The notes under the pieces were generated by a model. It was not told the DNA's origin and did no database searches. It saw only the letters and a program-made list of their open reading frames with translations. The translations under genes and the position numbers were made by a program. A DNA stretch of 64,000 nucleotides, from the NCBI GenBank assembly GCA_031556375.1, contig JAVBTA010000003.1, positions 103,319-167,318 on the forward strand. The letters run 5' to 3'. Shown in pieces: positions 10,374-21,539 of this stretch (position 1 is the first letter of the stretch; the number at the start of each line of letters is the position of its first letter). The stretch comes from Bacteroidales bacterium (GTDB lineage: Bacteria > Bacteroidota > Bacteroidia > Bacteroidales > Azobacteroidaceae).

Positions 10374-11354
10374 ATGGCAGAAATTAAATGTGTAGGCATC
10401 CTTACTTCCGGAGGAGATGCTCCCGGAATGAATGCTGCGATTCGTGCGGTGACCCGCAGTGCAATATATAATGGTTTCGAGGTGAAAGGTATCTACAGAG
10501 GATACCGTGGACTTATCACCGGAGAAATCATACAGTTCAAGACGAACAATGTAAGTAATATCATTCAACAAGGAGGCACTATTCTGAAAACAGCCCGTTG
10601 TCAAGAATTTATTACACAGGAGGGTCGTAAAACAGCTCACGAAACTTTACAGAAAGAAGGGATCGATGCTTTGGTTGTTATCGGTGGTGATGGTTCTCTT
10701 ACCGGAGCCCGTATTTTTGCCCAGGAGTATAACTTCCCGATTGTCGGACTTCCCGGAACAATTGATAATGACCTGGCCGGTACAGATACGACCATTGGTT
10801 ATGATACTGCGTTAAATACTATCATGGAGGCTGTTGACAAAATCCGGGATACAGCATCTTCACACGAACGTTTGTTTTTTATTGAGGTAATGGGTCGTGA
10901 TGCCGGTTTTCTTGCTTTGAACGGAGCTATTGCCGCCGGAGCAGAAGCTGCTATCATTCCTGAAATTTCGACTGAAGTCGACCAACTGGGAGAATTGATT
11001 AACAATGGTTTCCGGAAATCCAAGAACAGTTCTATTGTATTAGTTGCCGAAAGTGAACTTACCGGTGGCGCTATGGGAATGGCTGAACGAGTCAAAAAAG
11101 AGTATCCTCAATACGACGTACGTGTCACTATCCTAGGGCATATCCAGAGAGGTGGCTCTCCGACTGCTTCAGACCGTATTCTGGCCAGTCGCATGGGTGC
11201 GGCAGCTATCGATGCATTACTGGATGATCAACGCAACGTTATGATCGGAATACAAGACGATAAGATAGTGTACATTCCTTTTGCAAAGGCAATTAAGAAA
11301 GACAAACCTATTAATAGGGATTTGTTGAATACACTGAAGATATTGTCTATTTAA
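10374..11354 (+). CDS. pfkA: ATP-dependent 6-phosphofructokinase
   Basis: [30 protein letters not shown]...; GGDGSLTGA; [10 protein letters not shown]. All are canonical PfkA motifs. Confidence 0.9.
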   Translation: MAEIKCVGILTSGGDAPGMNAAIRAVTRSAIYNGFEVKGIYRGYRGLITGEIIQFKTNNVSNIIQQGGTILKTARCQEFITQEGRKTAHETLQKEGIDALVVIGGDGSLTGARIFAQEYNFPIVGLPGTIDNDLAGTDTTIGYDTALNTIMEAVDKIRDTASSHERLFFIEVMGRDAGFLALNGAIAAGAEAAIIPEISTEVDQLGELINNGFRKSKNSSIVLVAESELTGGAMGMAERVKKEYPQYDVRVTILGHIQRGGSPTASDRILASRMGAAAIDALLDDQRNVMIGIQDDKIVYIPFAKAIKKDKPINRDLLNTLKILSI

Positions 11355-11814
11355 GAAGATCCAATAACATTTTCATTCCGGCATTAGCGGAAGACAAGAT
11401 ATTTTCTTCACGGTTACCTGAGAATTGAAATTTCCTGGTGACCGTTTTTTCTTTGTATGAAACGGCAATCCAGACTGTTCCAACAGGTTTTTCTGGAGTT
11501 CCACCATCAGGACCGGCAATCCCGGAAGTTGCTATCGCACAATCCGTTTTAAGAACACGCTGAGCCCCGGTAGACATTTGTATTACAACAGGCTCACTTA
11601 CCGCACCGTATGAATCCAGATCGGCTGATGAGACTCCCAACACTAAATGTTTGACGTCGTTAGAGTAAGAAACAATTCCTCCGTTAAAATAAGCGGAACT
11701 GCCAGGTATAGAGGTAATCAGACTGGCAATTTTTCCACCGGTACAGCTTTCTGCCGTACCGATGGTCAATCCTTTTTCCAGGAGTTTTTGAGCGAGTTCA
11801 ATTTCCGGTTTCAT
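11347..11814 (-). CDS. CinA C-terminal-domain protein (nicotinamide-nucleotide amidohydrolase PncC-like)
   Basis: [55 protein letters not shown] is a CinA_C signature. Its start overlaps the stop of the upstream flavodiiron gene by 4 nt. Confidence 0.75.
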   Translation of the reverse strand: MKPEIELAQKLLEKGLTIGTAESCTGGKIASLITSIPGSSAYFNGGIVSYSNDVKHLVLGVSSADLDSYGAVSEPVVIQMSTGAQRVLKTDCAIATSGIAGPDGGTPEKPVGTVWIAVSYKEKTVTRKFQFSGNREENILSSANAGMKMLLDLLK

Positions 11815-13001
11815 ATTTTCTCCGCAACAGCTCTGGCCAATGCGATACATCCATCGATTGTGGCCTCTGTCGGGGCTTGTTTCATTTCGACAGGTTCTCC
11901 AACCACTTCAAATCCGGATGATTCGGCAAATGCAGCAAGACGTTTTACGGCTGCTCCGGCCCAGGTGTACGAACCGAAATATGCAAACACCCGGTTTTTC
12001 ATATCACGTCCCTGTATCTTTGAAATCAAAGCTTCCACCTGAGGAAACAATTCATTATTGTATGTCGGTGAACCGATTATCAATGCTTTATATTTGAAAA
12101 TATCACGGATAACATACGATAAATCACGTTTGGAGACATTATGTAATATAATATCTTTTACTCCTAAAGCAGCTAGTTCGGCTGCAATAGCTTCCGCCAT
12201 CAGTTCTGTATGGCCATACATGCTCCCATAAGCAATTACGACACCTTTATCTCCTTCGTAACTACTCAATTTGTCGTACAGAGCCACTACTTTCTGAATG
12301 TTTTCTTTTACCGTCCAAACCGGCCCATGGGTAGAACAAATGATATTCAGTTCCAGATCTCCCAACTTAGCCAGAGCTTTTTGTACGGGATTACCGTATT
12401 TCCCTACAATATTGGAATAATAACGGATCATTTCATCCCAATATTTATCGGGATTCAATTGAGTATCCACGACCCCACCATCGAGAGTTCCGAATGTACC
12501 GAAAGCATCTCCTGAAAAGACAATGCCGTTAGTCGTCTCGTAAGTCATCATGGTTTCGGGCCAGTGTACCATCGGAGTCAGATAAAACTTCAGGTTGTGT
12601 GCGCCCACGGAAAGTTCATCTCCATCTTTGATTGCAGTAACACCCTCTTCAATACCATAATACCCCTTCACCATATCCAGGGTACGTGCATTTCCAATGA
12701 TCTGAACGTCAGGATATTGTTTTCTCAATAAACCTAATGATCCTGAATGATCGGGTTCCATATGGTTGATCACTAAATAATCAAGTTTCTTTCCATCCAG
12801 AGCTTTCTCGAGCTTTTGCAGAAATGCATCCGAATAGCAGATATCTACGGTATCGAAAAGTACACATTTTTCGTCCCTTAACAAATATGAATTATATGAG
12901 ACGCCTTTAGGAAGTGGCCAATGGCCTTCGAACAATTCTTTCGTCCGGTCATTTACCCCTACATAAAAGAGGTCTTTCTTTATTTCAATTGGTTTTAACA
13001 T
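11811..13001 (-). CDS. FprA-family flavodiiron protein (metallo-beta-lactamase fold + flavodoxin domain)
   Basis: The N-terminal MBL-like di-iron motif region ([12 protein letters not shown]), the C-terminal flavodoxin-like region and the 396-aa size are typical of flavodiiron proteins. Confidence 0.8.
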   Translation of the reverse strand: MLKPIEIKKDLFYVGVNDRTKELFEGHWPLPKGVSYNSYLLRDEKCVLFDTVDICYSDAFLQKLEKALDGKKLDYLVINHMEPDHSGSLGLLRKQYPDVQIIGNARTLDMVKGYYGIEEGVTAIKDGDELSVGAHNLKFYLTPMVHWPETMMTYETTNGIVFSGDAFGTFGTLDGGVVDTQLNPDKYWDEMIRYYSNIVGKYGNPVQKALAKLGDLELNIICSTHGPVWTVKENIQKVVALYDKLSSYEGDKGVVIAYGSMYGHTELMAEAIAAELAALGVKDIILHNVSKRDLSYVIRDIFKYKALIIGSPTYNNELFPQVEALISKIQGRDMKNRVFAYFGSYTWAGAAVKRLAAFAESSGFEVVGEPVEMKQAPTEATIDGCIALARAVAEKI

Positions 13002-13839
13002 GTTGTTGAAGTTTATTTTTAATTGCTCTATAAACTAACCATACTCCGGCTATAACAAACGGAATACTTAATAATTGCCCCATATTCAGTCCTATACTAG
13101 CTACCAGATCCAGTTCAAATGCTTCTTGTACTTCTTTGAAATATTCGATAATAAAACGGGAAAGGAAAATCCCTATCAGGAAAACCCCAAAGATAAGACC
13201 TTTGCTATTTTGGGCATCTTTTTTCCAATATAGCCACATACAGATACACGCAGTGATAATGTAACAAAATGCTTCGTAAAGCTGAGTCGGATGTGATGGC
13301 ATAGAGAAAATCGGAGGAGCGCCTTTTTCCCAACGGTTAATATTGGTAATAAACCGGAAAGCCCATGGTACACTAGTCTCATGTCCATAAACTTCGTGAT
13401 TTATCAGGTTTCCCAAACGGATAAATGCTGCTGTAAACCCGACAGGAACGACAAGGCGATCCAGAGTCCAGAACATATTCTTTTTGGTCACGAATTTGGA
13501 ATACAACCAAATGGCAATGAGAATACCAATAGTACCTCCATGACTTGCCAGTCCGCCATCTCTGATCCTTAATATTTCAATCGGGTGAGCCAGATAATAA
13601 TCCGGATCATAGAATAAACAATGTCCTAACCTGGCACCAACCGTAGTCGCTACAATAACATAAAAGAATAGTTTATCGAACCAGGCTTCATTAAGTTCTT
13701 CATGTTTCCACATTTTGTAGACAATGAAACTGCCCAATGCGAAACCCAATGTGAAAGCAATACCATACCATCTGATTTCTCCCAGGAACGGAATGGTGAA
13801 CGCTACCGGATCGACGGTCCAGGTAATGAATGATAACAT
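12985..13839 (-). CDS. lgt: Prolipoprotein diacylglyceryl transferase
   Basis: Polytopic membrane protein with the Lgt signature region ([12 protein letters not shown]...[19 protein letters not shown]). Confidence 0.8.
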   Translation of the reverse strand: MLSFITWTVDPVAFTIPFLGEIRWYGIAFTLGFALGSFIVYKMWKHEELNEAWFDKLFFYVIVATTVGARLGHCLFYDPDYYLAHPIEILRIRDGGLASHGGTIGILIAIWLYSKFVTKKNMFWTLDRLVVPVGFTAAFIRLGNLINHEVYGHETSVPWAFRFITNINRWEKGAPPIFSMPSHPTQLYEAFCYIITACICMWLYWKKDAQNSKGLIFGVFLIGIFLSRFIIEYFKEVQEAFELDLVASIGLNMGQLLSIPFVIAGVWLVYRAIKNKLQQHVKTN

Positions 13840-13840
13840 A

Positions 13841-14770
13841 TCAGACTAATTTTTTGATCAGCTCTTCTTTATCCCCGTAAAGCATATCGATCACAGGTAA
13901 TTCGATCATGGTATATGCTCCAGGGCGTTGTTTGAAGCTTGCCCGGGCAACAGAAACGAGTACCTGAGCCGTAAGCGCAGGATTATTGATACGCATGTTG
14001 AAATCTAATAATTGATTTTGCGTTTTTCCGGAAACACCCTTACGCACAAGATTTACACCATGTCCCATATCGATCAGGTCATCGACACAATCAACCTGCG
14101 TTACATGAGTATCATCGTGAGCAAAGTAGTCGTCAGCTTTGATTGCCGCTGAAACTTTCCGGAAATCATATCCGTCTTTTACTTCAATATAAACCATCCT
14201 GCGATGAACTCCTGTTCCTGTAGGAATAGTCATAGACAGAGCCGCTTTCACTCCCTCGATGGCTTTAACGGCAACTGTATGTCCCATACTCATCCCCGGT
14301 CCGAAATTGGTATAAGTGATTCCTTTGGGTACCATAGCTAGCATCAAAGCGCGTACTACAGAATCGCTTCCCGGATCCCATCCGGCAGAAATTACGGCCA
14401 CCGAATTAGATGCTTTTGCTACTTTATCCAACTCACGACGTAGATTCACAATTCCACCATGAATATCGTAACTGTCGACGGTATTGATACCCATTGCCAG
14501 AATTTTCTTTGCATGTTCTTCCACACTGCGTGTTGGGGTACACAATACGGCGACATCCACATCCTGCAGTTTGGAAATATCATCTACTACATTTATATGT
14601 GCAATTTCAGCCGGTTTTTCAGAAGGATTACGTCTGATAATTCCTACTAACTCAAAATCCGGAGCTGCTTCTATAGCTTCCATAACGTACTTGCCAATGT
14701 TTCCATAACCAACAATGGCTGCTTTTATCTTTTTCACCTTGATTAATGTTTTGAAATTATTAAGATGCAA
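13841..14770 (-). CDS. ddh: meso-Diaminopimelate D-dehydrogenase
   Basis: [37 protein letters not shown] is an N-terminal Rossmann fold of DapDH type. The true start may be the GTG/Val of VKKIK, about 33 nt downstream of the ORF start. Confidence 0.75.
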   Translation of the reverse strand: MHLNNFKTLIKVKKIKAAIVGYGNIGKYVMEAIEAAPDFELVGIIRRNPSEKPAEIAHINVVDDISKLQDVDVAVLCTPTRSVEEHAKKILAMGINTVDSYDIHGGIVNLRRELDKVAKASNSVAVISAGWDPGSDSVVRALMLAMVPKGITYTNFGPGMSMGHTVAVKAIEGVKAALSMTIPTGTGVHRRMVYIEVKDGYDFRKVSAAIKADDYFAHDDTHVTQVDCVDDLIDMGHGVNLVRKGVSGKTQNQLLDFNMRINNPALTAQVLVSVARASFKQRPGAYTMIELPVIDMLYGDKEELIKKLV

Positions 14771-15132
14771 AGTTAGTTTTTTTTAGAGAAAATAAAAACA
14801 GAAGTATTAACAAGTACCTCTCACATGTAGGAAAAAGCAGAAATTCGCATAAAAATAAAAGTTGTACGTTCAACATATATGCCATTTTTTCATCTAAAAT
14901 GTTAATTTTTGTTAATTGATTGAAGTTTTCAATAAAAAACATATAAATAATTAAAATTGTTATATATTTGTGTAAGCTACATATAAAATTACACACAACG
15001 ATATAAACACATAACCAACCTACTCTACACATATACCTAATGATTGACAAAGTAAAGCTAATTTAATGTATTGATGCTATTTTATGGTAGCATAAAGTCT
15101 TTTATATCATTTTAGTATTAATTATAAATTAA

Positions 15133-18100
15133 ATGGGTATGAGAAAACAATTACATTTAATCCGGTTTATGATTTTGTCGTTCGCTGTGGTATGGTGTAT
15201 ACCATCATGGGCACAAATCAGCGAAGGGGGAATTCCTCCCAGTTTTGGGTTGCCCATATTGAGGCAATCAGCACAACCGTATCAAACTGCTATTAAGTTC
15301 AATGTTAATGAATTGAAAGCAGAAGACGCTAAAAATGAAGCGGAAGGAGCACCAATTCGTACGGCAATTATTATTCCATCTGATTTAAGTATTGAAAAAG
15401 ACGGCAGATGGACTGATCTGGCTGACGGTCGACGTATTTGGCAATTGGAGATTAGTGCTCCTGATGCTATAGCTCTTTTACTTTATTATGATGAATTTTA
15501 TATTCCTAAAGGAGGTAAGCTATTCATATACAATAAAGAAAAGAATCATATTCTTGGAGCCTATACAGAAAAGACCAATATAAAAGGCGGAAAATTTGCC
15601 ACAGAGTTTGTAGCCGGCGATAAGTTAGTCTTAGAGTACGTTTCTCCTTCAGAAACATTAACAATGACCGATGAGTCCGGAAAGACCTTACCGGTAATAG
15701 CTAAAGGTAATCCCCGCATCAAGATCTCAGGTATAGCATACGGATATAATCATCTGGATGTTTATCATATAAAAAATGAAAGACCTCAATTAAGAGTGGG
15801 AGAATCCGGTAGTTGTATGATCAACATCAATTGTCCTGAAGGCGACAATTGGCAGCTACAAAAAAGAGGAGTAGCAAAAAGCGTAACTCCAATCGGATCT
15901 GGAGCTTATCTTTGTTCCGGAACAATTCTTAACAATACCGTCCAGGATTTTGATCCTCTTTTCTTAACTGCAAGTCATTGCTTTTATACCAGCGATGCCA
16001 CTGCCAAGTGTACGGATTTTTCTCAGGTCATTTATTATTTCAATTATGAAAGCTTTAATTGTATGACGACTTATCCGGATCAAACACGCACAATGGTAGG
16101 GGCCGAGCTATTGGTGGAGCTACCGACTATAGGTGGTATAGCCGGAACAGGAGGTACCGACGGTGGATTATTACGATTACTGAATCCAATCCCTCCGGAT
16201 TATAACGTTTTTTATAATGGTTGGGATAACCGGAACATTGCTCCTACAAGCGGAGTAGGAATCCACCACCCTGCAGGAGATATAAAGAAAATATCAACAT
16301 ATACGACTACTGCAGGACAAACAACATGGACAGGAGGCCCCTCGAACCAGTGGTGGAATGTGACATGGGCTAGTACTGTAAGTGGAAAAAGTTTAACTGA
16401 AGGTGGTTCATCAGGCTCTCCATTGTTTAACCAAAATAAAAGGGTTGTTGGTTGTCTGACAGGAGGGCCTTCACAACAGGGTGTGCCTAAATGTGAACAA
16501 CCGGTATCCACGCATGTAGCCTATTACGGAAAGTTATCCTACCATTGGGACGGAGATAATACAGGCTCTGGAATTGTCGACCAAACAAAAAAAATGAAAG
16601 ATTATCTTGATCCGAATAACTCAGGGGCAAATTTTATAGATGGAAAATACAACTCTTCGGCTTCGACAAATGCAATTTTTGAAGTAGATAAAAGTGATAT
16701 AATTGTGTTTGAATCTGTAAATTTCAGAGATGGATCTTCTGGTGCAAATACATGGGAGTGGACATTTGAAGGAGGGACACCAAGTACTTTTAATGGAAAA
16801 CAACCTCCTGTTATTACATACAATGCTCCGAGTCCCACCGGAGGATTTACAGCTAAGTTGGTTGTCAATAAGGGAACTGCAAATGAAAGTAGTATGGAAG
16901 TGAAAATCCAGGTAAAAGAATTAGGAGATAACCCACAGACTCCCGTTGCACGTTTCTCTCTTGAAGAAATCCTAACCTTATCTGAAGGATTTGACACATC
17001 AATACCTCCTACAGGCTGGAATCTCGATAAACCAGGAGCAAGCACCAATCAATTCATATTGGCAAACATGACTAATGCTGCATTAAACTTTAATACGATC
17101 GATCCTAATAGTCAATATTCGGCTCTTGTCCAACATGATGATACTGAGGTTGTAGATACATGGTTGAAATCACCGGCATATACATTCTCTGACCCAAATA
17201 CATGGCTTGAATTTTATGGATTCTATGCTACTGCATATATAGATAATGACAAGTTTTTATCCGTATCGGTTTCTACTGATGGAGGAAATAACTGGACTGA
17301 AATCTGGACAAACGCAGATTTAAGCGGCGACGGTGATTTATCATGGCACAAACATAAAGTGGACCTGTCAACTTATGTTGGTCAAAGTATTAGATTAGGA
17401 TTTAGATATTATGGACAAGGAGGATACTTTGGCGGATTCGACGGTATAAAAATAGTCACTCCTTCTGACCCAGCCCAGGCAAAAACAATCAATGTAGGTG
17501 ACTACATTACTCCTGTCGAGTGGAGTTCAGGCCCCCCGATTCTTTATGAATGGACATTTGAAGGAGGAACACCAGCAACATCAACAGAACAAAATCCGGG
17601 TACTATTCGATATCTGCAACCGGGTACATTCGACATCACACTAAAAGTGAAAAATTATAGGGGTGAAGATATACATACCTTTACTGATGCAGTAACTGTA
17701 ATTCTGCATACACCTGAAACTGATTTTATAAGTCAGGGATATAACCGTACCGATTTTGCCCGCGCAATTCCGGTAAATGTCCCGGTAAAGTTTACCGATC
17801 TGTCGAAAAACTATCCTGATCAATGGAACTGGACTTTTACAGGAGGTACACCTACTACTTCCACAACACAAAATCCAATCGTAACCTACTCAACTGAAGG
17901 CATCAGCAATGTTAGTCTTACTGCGAAAAATATTACAGGAGAAAACACTGCAACAAAAAATAGTTATATACATGCAGGTTATTTAACCCACGATATTTGG
18001 AATATAAGTCAGGGGGAGACAACAACCAACACATGGAGGGCTACAGCTACAAACTATATTACCGGATCAAATGCAGGTACAATTGTTCCATATAGCGAGT

Positions 18101-20934
18101 TCGCCGAATTATTCGACGCACCCTTAGCATCCGGAGTGTTACGCAAAATTCAGATTTCTTTCTGGACAGGAGCAGCTACTAATGCAGGAAACCTGACTCT
18201 TAAGTTATACAATGTCGGAGCTGATGGTTTTCCTTCAACTACTTTCCACTCACAAACATTTCCTATTTCAGGTATCAACACATCAGGATATACCACTATA
18301 ACTCTTTCAAAAGAAGTTTCTATCAATGATAAGTTCTATGTTGCGATAGCTGGATTTGCCGCCACTACCAGCCAATTGGTAGCAGTTAGGGCCTCCAGCT
18401 TAAGGGCGCCTGAAGACAATCGGGTTTGTTTCTATAGTTTATATCATGATGTTATATTAAATCGCCCCTGGATTAGTACAGCCAGTCAGTACAACGTAGG
18501 ATTATCTATGAATATCGTTCCGGAATTTACCTACACTTACTATGAACTTAGTGGCGATAAAGAAGTATACCGTAAGAATATAGACAACACTATCGGAACA
18601 GCATCTGTAAGTACTAATGCAAGCTGGACGGCAACCACTAATGCAAGCTGGATTACGATCAGCAATGGTTCAGGCACCGGTAACGGCACTTTTACTTACA
18701 CAGTCAGTCAAAACGATGGAATGCTAAGAGATGGTGTCATAACTATTTCGTGCATGGGAAATCAAGAAACAATCCTTGTTGTACAGGCCGGACCAAACCC
18801 AATAAATCTTACGGCAACTCTTACAACTGAATCCGCAGTCGGTTTATCATGGGATGCTCCGGCTATCAAAGATATCTACGACAATATCGAAGGACATACA
18901 AGTTTTACCCTTGATTCTCCGGGTAGTGCAGGTTGGTCGTATATCGACGCCGATGGTGGTACTCCCGTAGCCATTTCATATGATGGAGAAACGTTTCCGA
19001 ATGTCAACATTCCAAGTTCATTCATGGTATACACGCCTGGAGAAACAACGCCTCCGATTACAGATGCACTGTTTGCACCTCATAGCGGTAACAAGTTCCT
19101 CGCATGTCCAAAGAATATTGCCAATACAGGAGCAAATAACGACTGGATAATAAGTCCGGAATTAGGTTTTGACAGGAATTTCAAATTTGTATTCTGGGCC
19201 AAATCCATTCATCCAAGTTATGCCGAACATATCCGTGTTGCATACTCAACCGCAGGAAAAACGGTCAGTGATTTTACGAATGTTGTTACATCCGGAAGTT
19301 ATGTAAGTGTTCCTAGTGCATGGACTAAATATGAATTTACAATACCGGCAAATGCCAAATATGTTGCATTGAATTGTGTATCAAACTATGCATTTATGCT
19401 TATGGTAGATGATATTTATATCGGTATTGGGGATGCTCCGGCAGGTATTTATCCAGAGATGGCAATTACCAGCGGATTATTGAAATTTATGGTTGACGGA
19501 AAAATTGAGATAGTTCAACCCGAATTTAACGCACTATTAAATAAAATGAAGGAAGCTGTTGTACGACAAGAGATCCCTGCGACTCTTACAAATGAGACAA
19601 CAGGTGAAATCATTCAATTAAATACTGAAAAAATTTCGGGTAATGCTGCTCCTATAAGCCAAGGAGGAGCATTGATGATTACGCAACAAAATTCGTTTAT
19701 TGGTATTCAAACCAATACAGGTATAAAATACAATATTTACCGTGATGGAAGCTTAATTGCCAACGGATTGTCAACAACTAACTATACAGACTTATATACA
19801 CCAGGTGGAAATGTGTGTTATACTGTAACTGCTGTATATAATGACGACAGCAGACTGGAAACAACAGAATCCAACGAAGTATGCCTGGCGGCTCCTTCCG
19901 CAATGATAGTCCAGGCTTTAGATGCAAGCAGACAACGATTCACGGACAATCCGACTTTCAATTTCACGATTACCGGTAATTTGATGGGATTACATACGAT
20001 TGACGAAGTCAGAACTTGGGTTACAGCAAGCACTACTGCCAATTATTATTCACCGGTAGGTGCTTATCCGATTATCCCTTCCGTAAATAATCCGCAACCT
20101 CAATATGTATTCCGGTTTATTAATGGAATATTGACTATTACAGCTCCTCCTATTCCTGTAATCCTGGAACAACCTAAGGATGCCGTATTATGTGAAGGAA
20201 GCAACTATACATTATCGGTAAAAACGCAGGGAGAAGAGCTGAATTACCAATGGTATAAGGGCAATAGCAAGATTATGGGTGTTAATTCCTCCAGTCTGGA
20301 ATTGAAAAACATAACCAGGAATGATTACGATACTTACTATGTCGTAGTAAGCAATGAGAGAGGAACTACATATAGCGAAAAGGCAAGGATATATGTTGTC
20401 GAACCTCTGGGTAGTATTTCTTACAAGGAATTTCCGGATGTTGCTGTCACAGGTTCTACTTACTCATTGAAATTGAATGGTTATTCCAACGTTACCAAAT
20501 ACACATGGAGTTTCAGCAAAGACAATGTTGTCAGCTTTGAACCTGAATCAGGCGCAAGGAATGAAACAAAAATAACATTCAGCGCTACAGCAATCGGAGT
20601 TGGAACAATAAAAGTAGACCTGGAACATACTTGCGGTACTTATTCTCATAGTAGAGATGTAAATGTTAAATATCCGACCGGAATTGATGATGTAAACAAT
20701 TCTATTGTAAAAATTTATCCTAATCCGGTAAGTAACATTCTGAATATATCTTACAATCAACAGCCGATCAAATCTGTAATTGTAAATGATATCAGCGGAC
20801 GAACTATTGAGCGTTATGATAATGTTGGATCCTACCAATTAGCTATCCAGGCTTCAAAATGGACAAAAGGTACTTATATTATCATTATTGAGACAAATAC
20901 TGGAAGAACCGTTCAAAAAGTTATCAAAAAATAG
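15133..20934 (+). CDS. Giant T9SS-secreted multidomain S1 (trypsin-like) serine protease/adhesin with PKD, cleaved-adhesin, BACON and Ig-like domains
   Basis: Signal peptide (MILSFAVVWCIPSWAQ). S1 His motif LTASHC. S1 Ser motif TEGGSSGSPLF. Three W-x-W-T-F-x-G-G-T-P PKD-like repeats. Two jelly-roll domains match the gingipain K2-type 'cleaved adhesin' pattern (SYIDADGGTP, NDWIISPELGF, YAEHIRVAYSTAGKTVSDFTN, DDIYIG). A BACON-like segment (ASWITISNGSGTGNGTFTYTVSQNDGMLRDGVITIS...VVQAG). An Ig-like domain (LCEGSNYTLSVKT...YQWYKGNS...DYDTYYVVVSNERG). A C-terminal T9SS type-A sorting domain (KIYPNPVSNILNISY...GTYIIIIETNTGRTVQKVIKK). Confidence 0.8.
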   Translation: MGMRKQLHLIRFMILSFAVVWCIPSWAQISEGGIPPSFGLPILRQSAQPYQTAIKFNVNELKAEDAKNEAEGAPIRTAIIIPSDLSIEKDGRWTDLADGRRIWQLEISAPDAIALLLYYDEFYIPKGGKLFIYNKEKNHILGAYTEKTNIKGGKFATEFVAGDKLVLEYVSPSETLTMTDESGKTLPVIAKGNPRIKISGIAYGYNHLDVYHIKNERPQLRVGESGSCMININCPEGDNWQLQKRGVAKSVTPIGSGAYLCSGTILNNTVQDFDPLFLTASHCFYTSDATAKCTDFSQVIYYFNYESFNCMTTYPDQTRTMVGAELLVELPTIGGIAGTGGTDGGLLRLLNPIPPDYNVFYNGWDNRNIAPTSGVGIHHPAGDIKKISTYTTTAGQTTWTGGPSNQWWNVTWASTVSGKSLTEGGSSGSPLFNQNKRVVGCLTGGPSQQGVPKCEQPVSTHVAYYGKLSYHWDGDNTGSGIVDQTKKMKDYLDPNNSGANFIDGKYNSSASTNAIFEVDKSDIIVFESVNFRDGSSGANTWEWTFEGGTPSTFNGKQPPVITYNAPSPTGGFTAKLVVNKGTANESSMEVKIQVKELGDNPQTPVARFSLEEILTLSEGFDTSIPPTGWNLDKPGASTNQFILANMTNAALNFNTIDPNSQYSALVQHDDTEVVDTWLKSPAYTFSDPNTWLEFYGFYATAYIDNDKFLSVSVSTDGGNNWTEIWTNADLSGDGDLSWHKHKVDLSTYVGQSIRLGFRYYGQGGYFGGFDGIKIVTPSDPAQAKTINVGDYITPVEWSSGPPILYEWTFEGGTPATSTEQNPGTIRYLQPGTFDITLKVKNYRGEDIHTFTDAVTVILHTPETDFISQGYNRTDFARAIPVNVPVKFTDLSKNYPDQWNWTFTGGTPTTSTTQNPIVTYSTEGISNVSLTAKNITGENTATKNSYIHAGYLTHDIWNISQGETTTNTWRATATNYITGSNAGTIVPYSEFAELFDAPLASGVLRKIQISFWTGAATNAGNLTLKLYNVGADGFPSTTFHSQTFPISGINTSGYTTITLSKEVSINDKFYVAIAGFAATTSQLVAVRASSLRAPEDNRVCFYSLYHDVILNRPWISTASQYNVGLSMNIVPEFTYTYYELSGDKEVYRKNIDNTIGTASVSTNASWTATTNASWITISNGSGTGNGTFTYTVSQNDGMLRDGVITISCMGNQETILVVQAGPNPINLTATLTTESAVGLSWDAPAIKDIYDNIEGHTSFTLDSPGSAGWSYIDADGGTPVAISYDGETFPNVNIPSSFMVYTPGETTPPITDALFAPHSGNKFLACPKNIANTGANNDWIISPELGFDRNFKFVFWAKSIHPSYAEHIRVAYSTAGKTVSDFTNVVTSGSYVSVPSAWTKYEFTIPANAKYVALNCVSNYAFMLMVDDIYIGIGDAPAGIYPEMAITSGLLKFMVDGKIEIVQPEFNALLNKMKEAVVRQEIPATLTNETTGEIIQLNTEKISGNAAPISQGGALMITQQNSFIGIQTNTGIKYNIYRDGSLIANGLSTTNYTDLYTPGGNVCYTVTAVYNDDSRLETTESNEVCLAAPSAMIVQALDASRQRFTDNPTFNFTITGNLMGLHTIDEVRTWVTASTTANYYSPVGAYPIIPSVNNPQPQYVFRFINGILTITAPPIPVILEQPKDAVLCEGSNYTLSVKTQGEELNYQWYKGNSKIMGVNSSSLELKNITRNDYDTYYVVVSNERGTTYSEKARIYVVEPLGSISYKEFPDVAVTGSTYSLKLNGYSNVTKYTWSFSKDNVVSFEPESGARNETKITFSATAIGVGTIKVDLEHTCGTYSHSRDVNVKYPTGIDDVNNSIVKIYPNPVSNILNISYNQQPIKSVIVNDISGRTIERYDNVGSYQLAIQASKWTKGTYIIIIETNTGRTVQKVIKK

Positions 20935-20961
20935 CATTTTGCAAGTAAACCCTCTAAATTA

Positions 20962-21001
20962 AAGCGGTGATTCTGAAAAGTTTCACCGCTTTTCATTTTT
21001 A
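20962..21001 (+). terminator. Rho-independent terminator after the protease gene
   Basis: AGCGGTGA-ttctgaaaagtt-TCACCGCT followed by TTTCATTTTT. Confidence 0.65.
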
Positions 21002-21081
21002 TTTAATGTTTTTTATATCAAAAGGTTATTTTTCGCGATATTTTTTTTTGTGAATTATTATTGTAAATCATTTTTAATCCG

Positions 21082-21089
21082 TAGCTTTG
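21082..21089 (+). promoter_or_regulatory. Bacteroidetes-type -7 promoter element (TAnnTTTG) for the glm-mal operon
   Basis: TAGCTTTG lies about 33 nt upstream of the glmS ATG at 21122. Confidence 0.45.
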
Positions 21090-21121
21090 TACCAAAATTT
21101 AAGCACACCAAATTAACATTT

Positions 21122-21529
21122 ATGAAAATAAAAACCATTGTTACCGGAGTTATCGGAGCCGATGTACATGCTGTTGGTAACAAAATTTTAGCTTATGCCC
21201 TGGAAGATGCCGGTTTTAATGTTGTGAATCTGGGAGTTATGGTTTCCCAGGAAGAGTTTATCAACGCCGTTCTGGAAACAAATGCCAGTGCAATTGTGGT
21301 CTCCTCTCTTTACGGACACGGGGAAATCGATTGTAATGGACTGCGTGATAAATGCAATGAAGCCGGTTTAAAAGATATAGTACTTCTTGTCGGAGGAAAT
21401 CTGGTAGTTGGGAAACAAGACTTCGCAGATGTTGAAAAGCGTTTTACAGCTATGGGATTCACCAAAGCATACCCTCCGGGAACCTCATTAGAAACAACAA
21501 TTGAAGACCTGAATAAATTTCTAAGTTAA
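21122..21529 (+). CDS. glmS: Glutamate (methylaspartate) mutase S chain, B12-binding subunit
   Basis: [50 protein letters not shown]...[26 protein letters not shown]...[15 protein letters not shown] matches what I recall of clostridial GlmS/MutS. It has the DxHxxG cobalamin-binding motif (ADVHAVG). Confidence 0.9.
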   Translation: MKIKTIVTGVIGADVHAVGNKILAYALEDAGFNVVNLGVMVSQEEFINAVLETNASAIVVSSLYGHGEIDCNGLRDKCNEAGLKDIVLLVGGNLVVGKQDFADVEKRFTAMGFTKAYPPGTSLETTIEDLNKFLS

Positions 21530-21539
21530 CAAATCCGTT

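Noticed and set aside
14760-15050. 96-aa ORF on the minus strand in the 360-bp AT-rich spacer upstream of the giant protease gene
   Set aside because: It lies wholly in a low-complexity AT-rich intergenic region. Its Ile/Leu/Phe-rich composition is typical of AT-rich translation, and it has no motif or start context. It is most likely the promoter region for the protease gene.
15133-20934. Internal W-x-W-T-F-x-G-G-T-P repeats and near-identical ASWTATTNASW segments in the giant gene, considered as a CRISPR-like or mobile repeat
   Set aside because: The repeats are in-frame protein domain repeats (PKD/BACON), irregularly spaced and divergent at the DNA level. They are not CRISPR repeats, and no cas genes are present.
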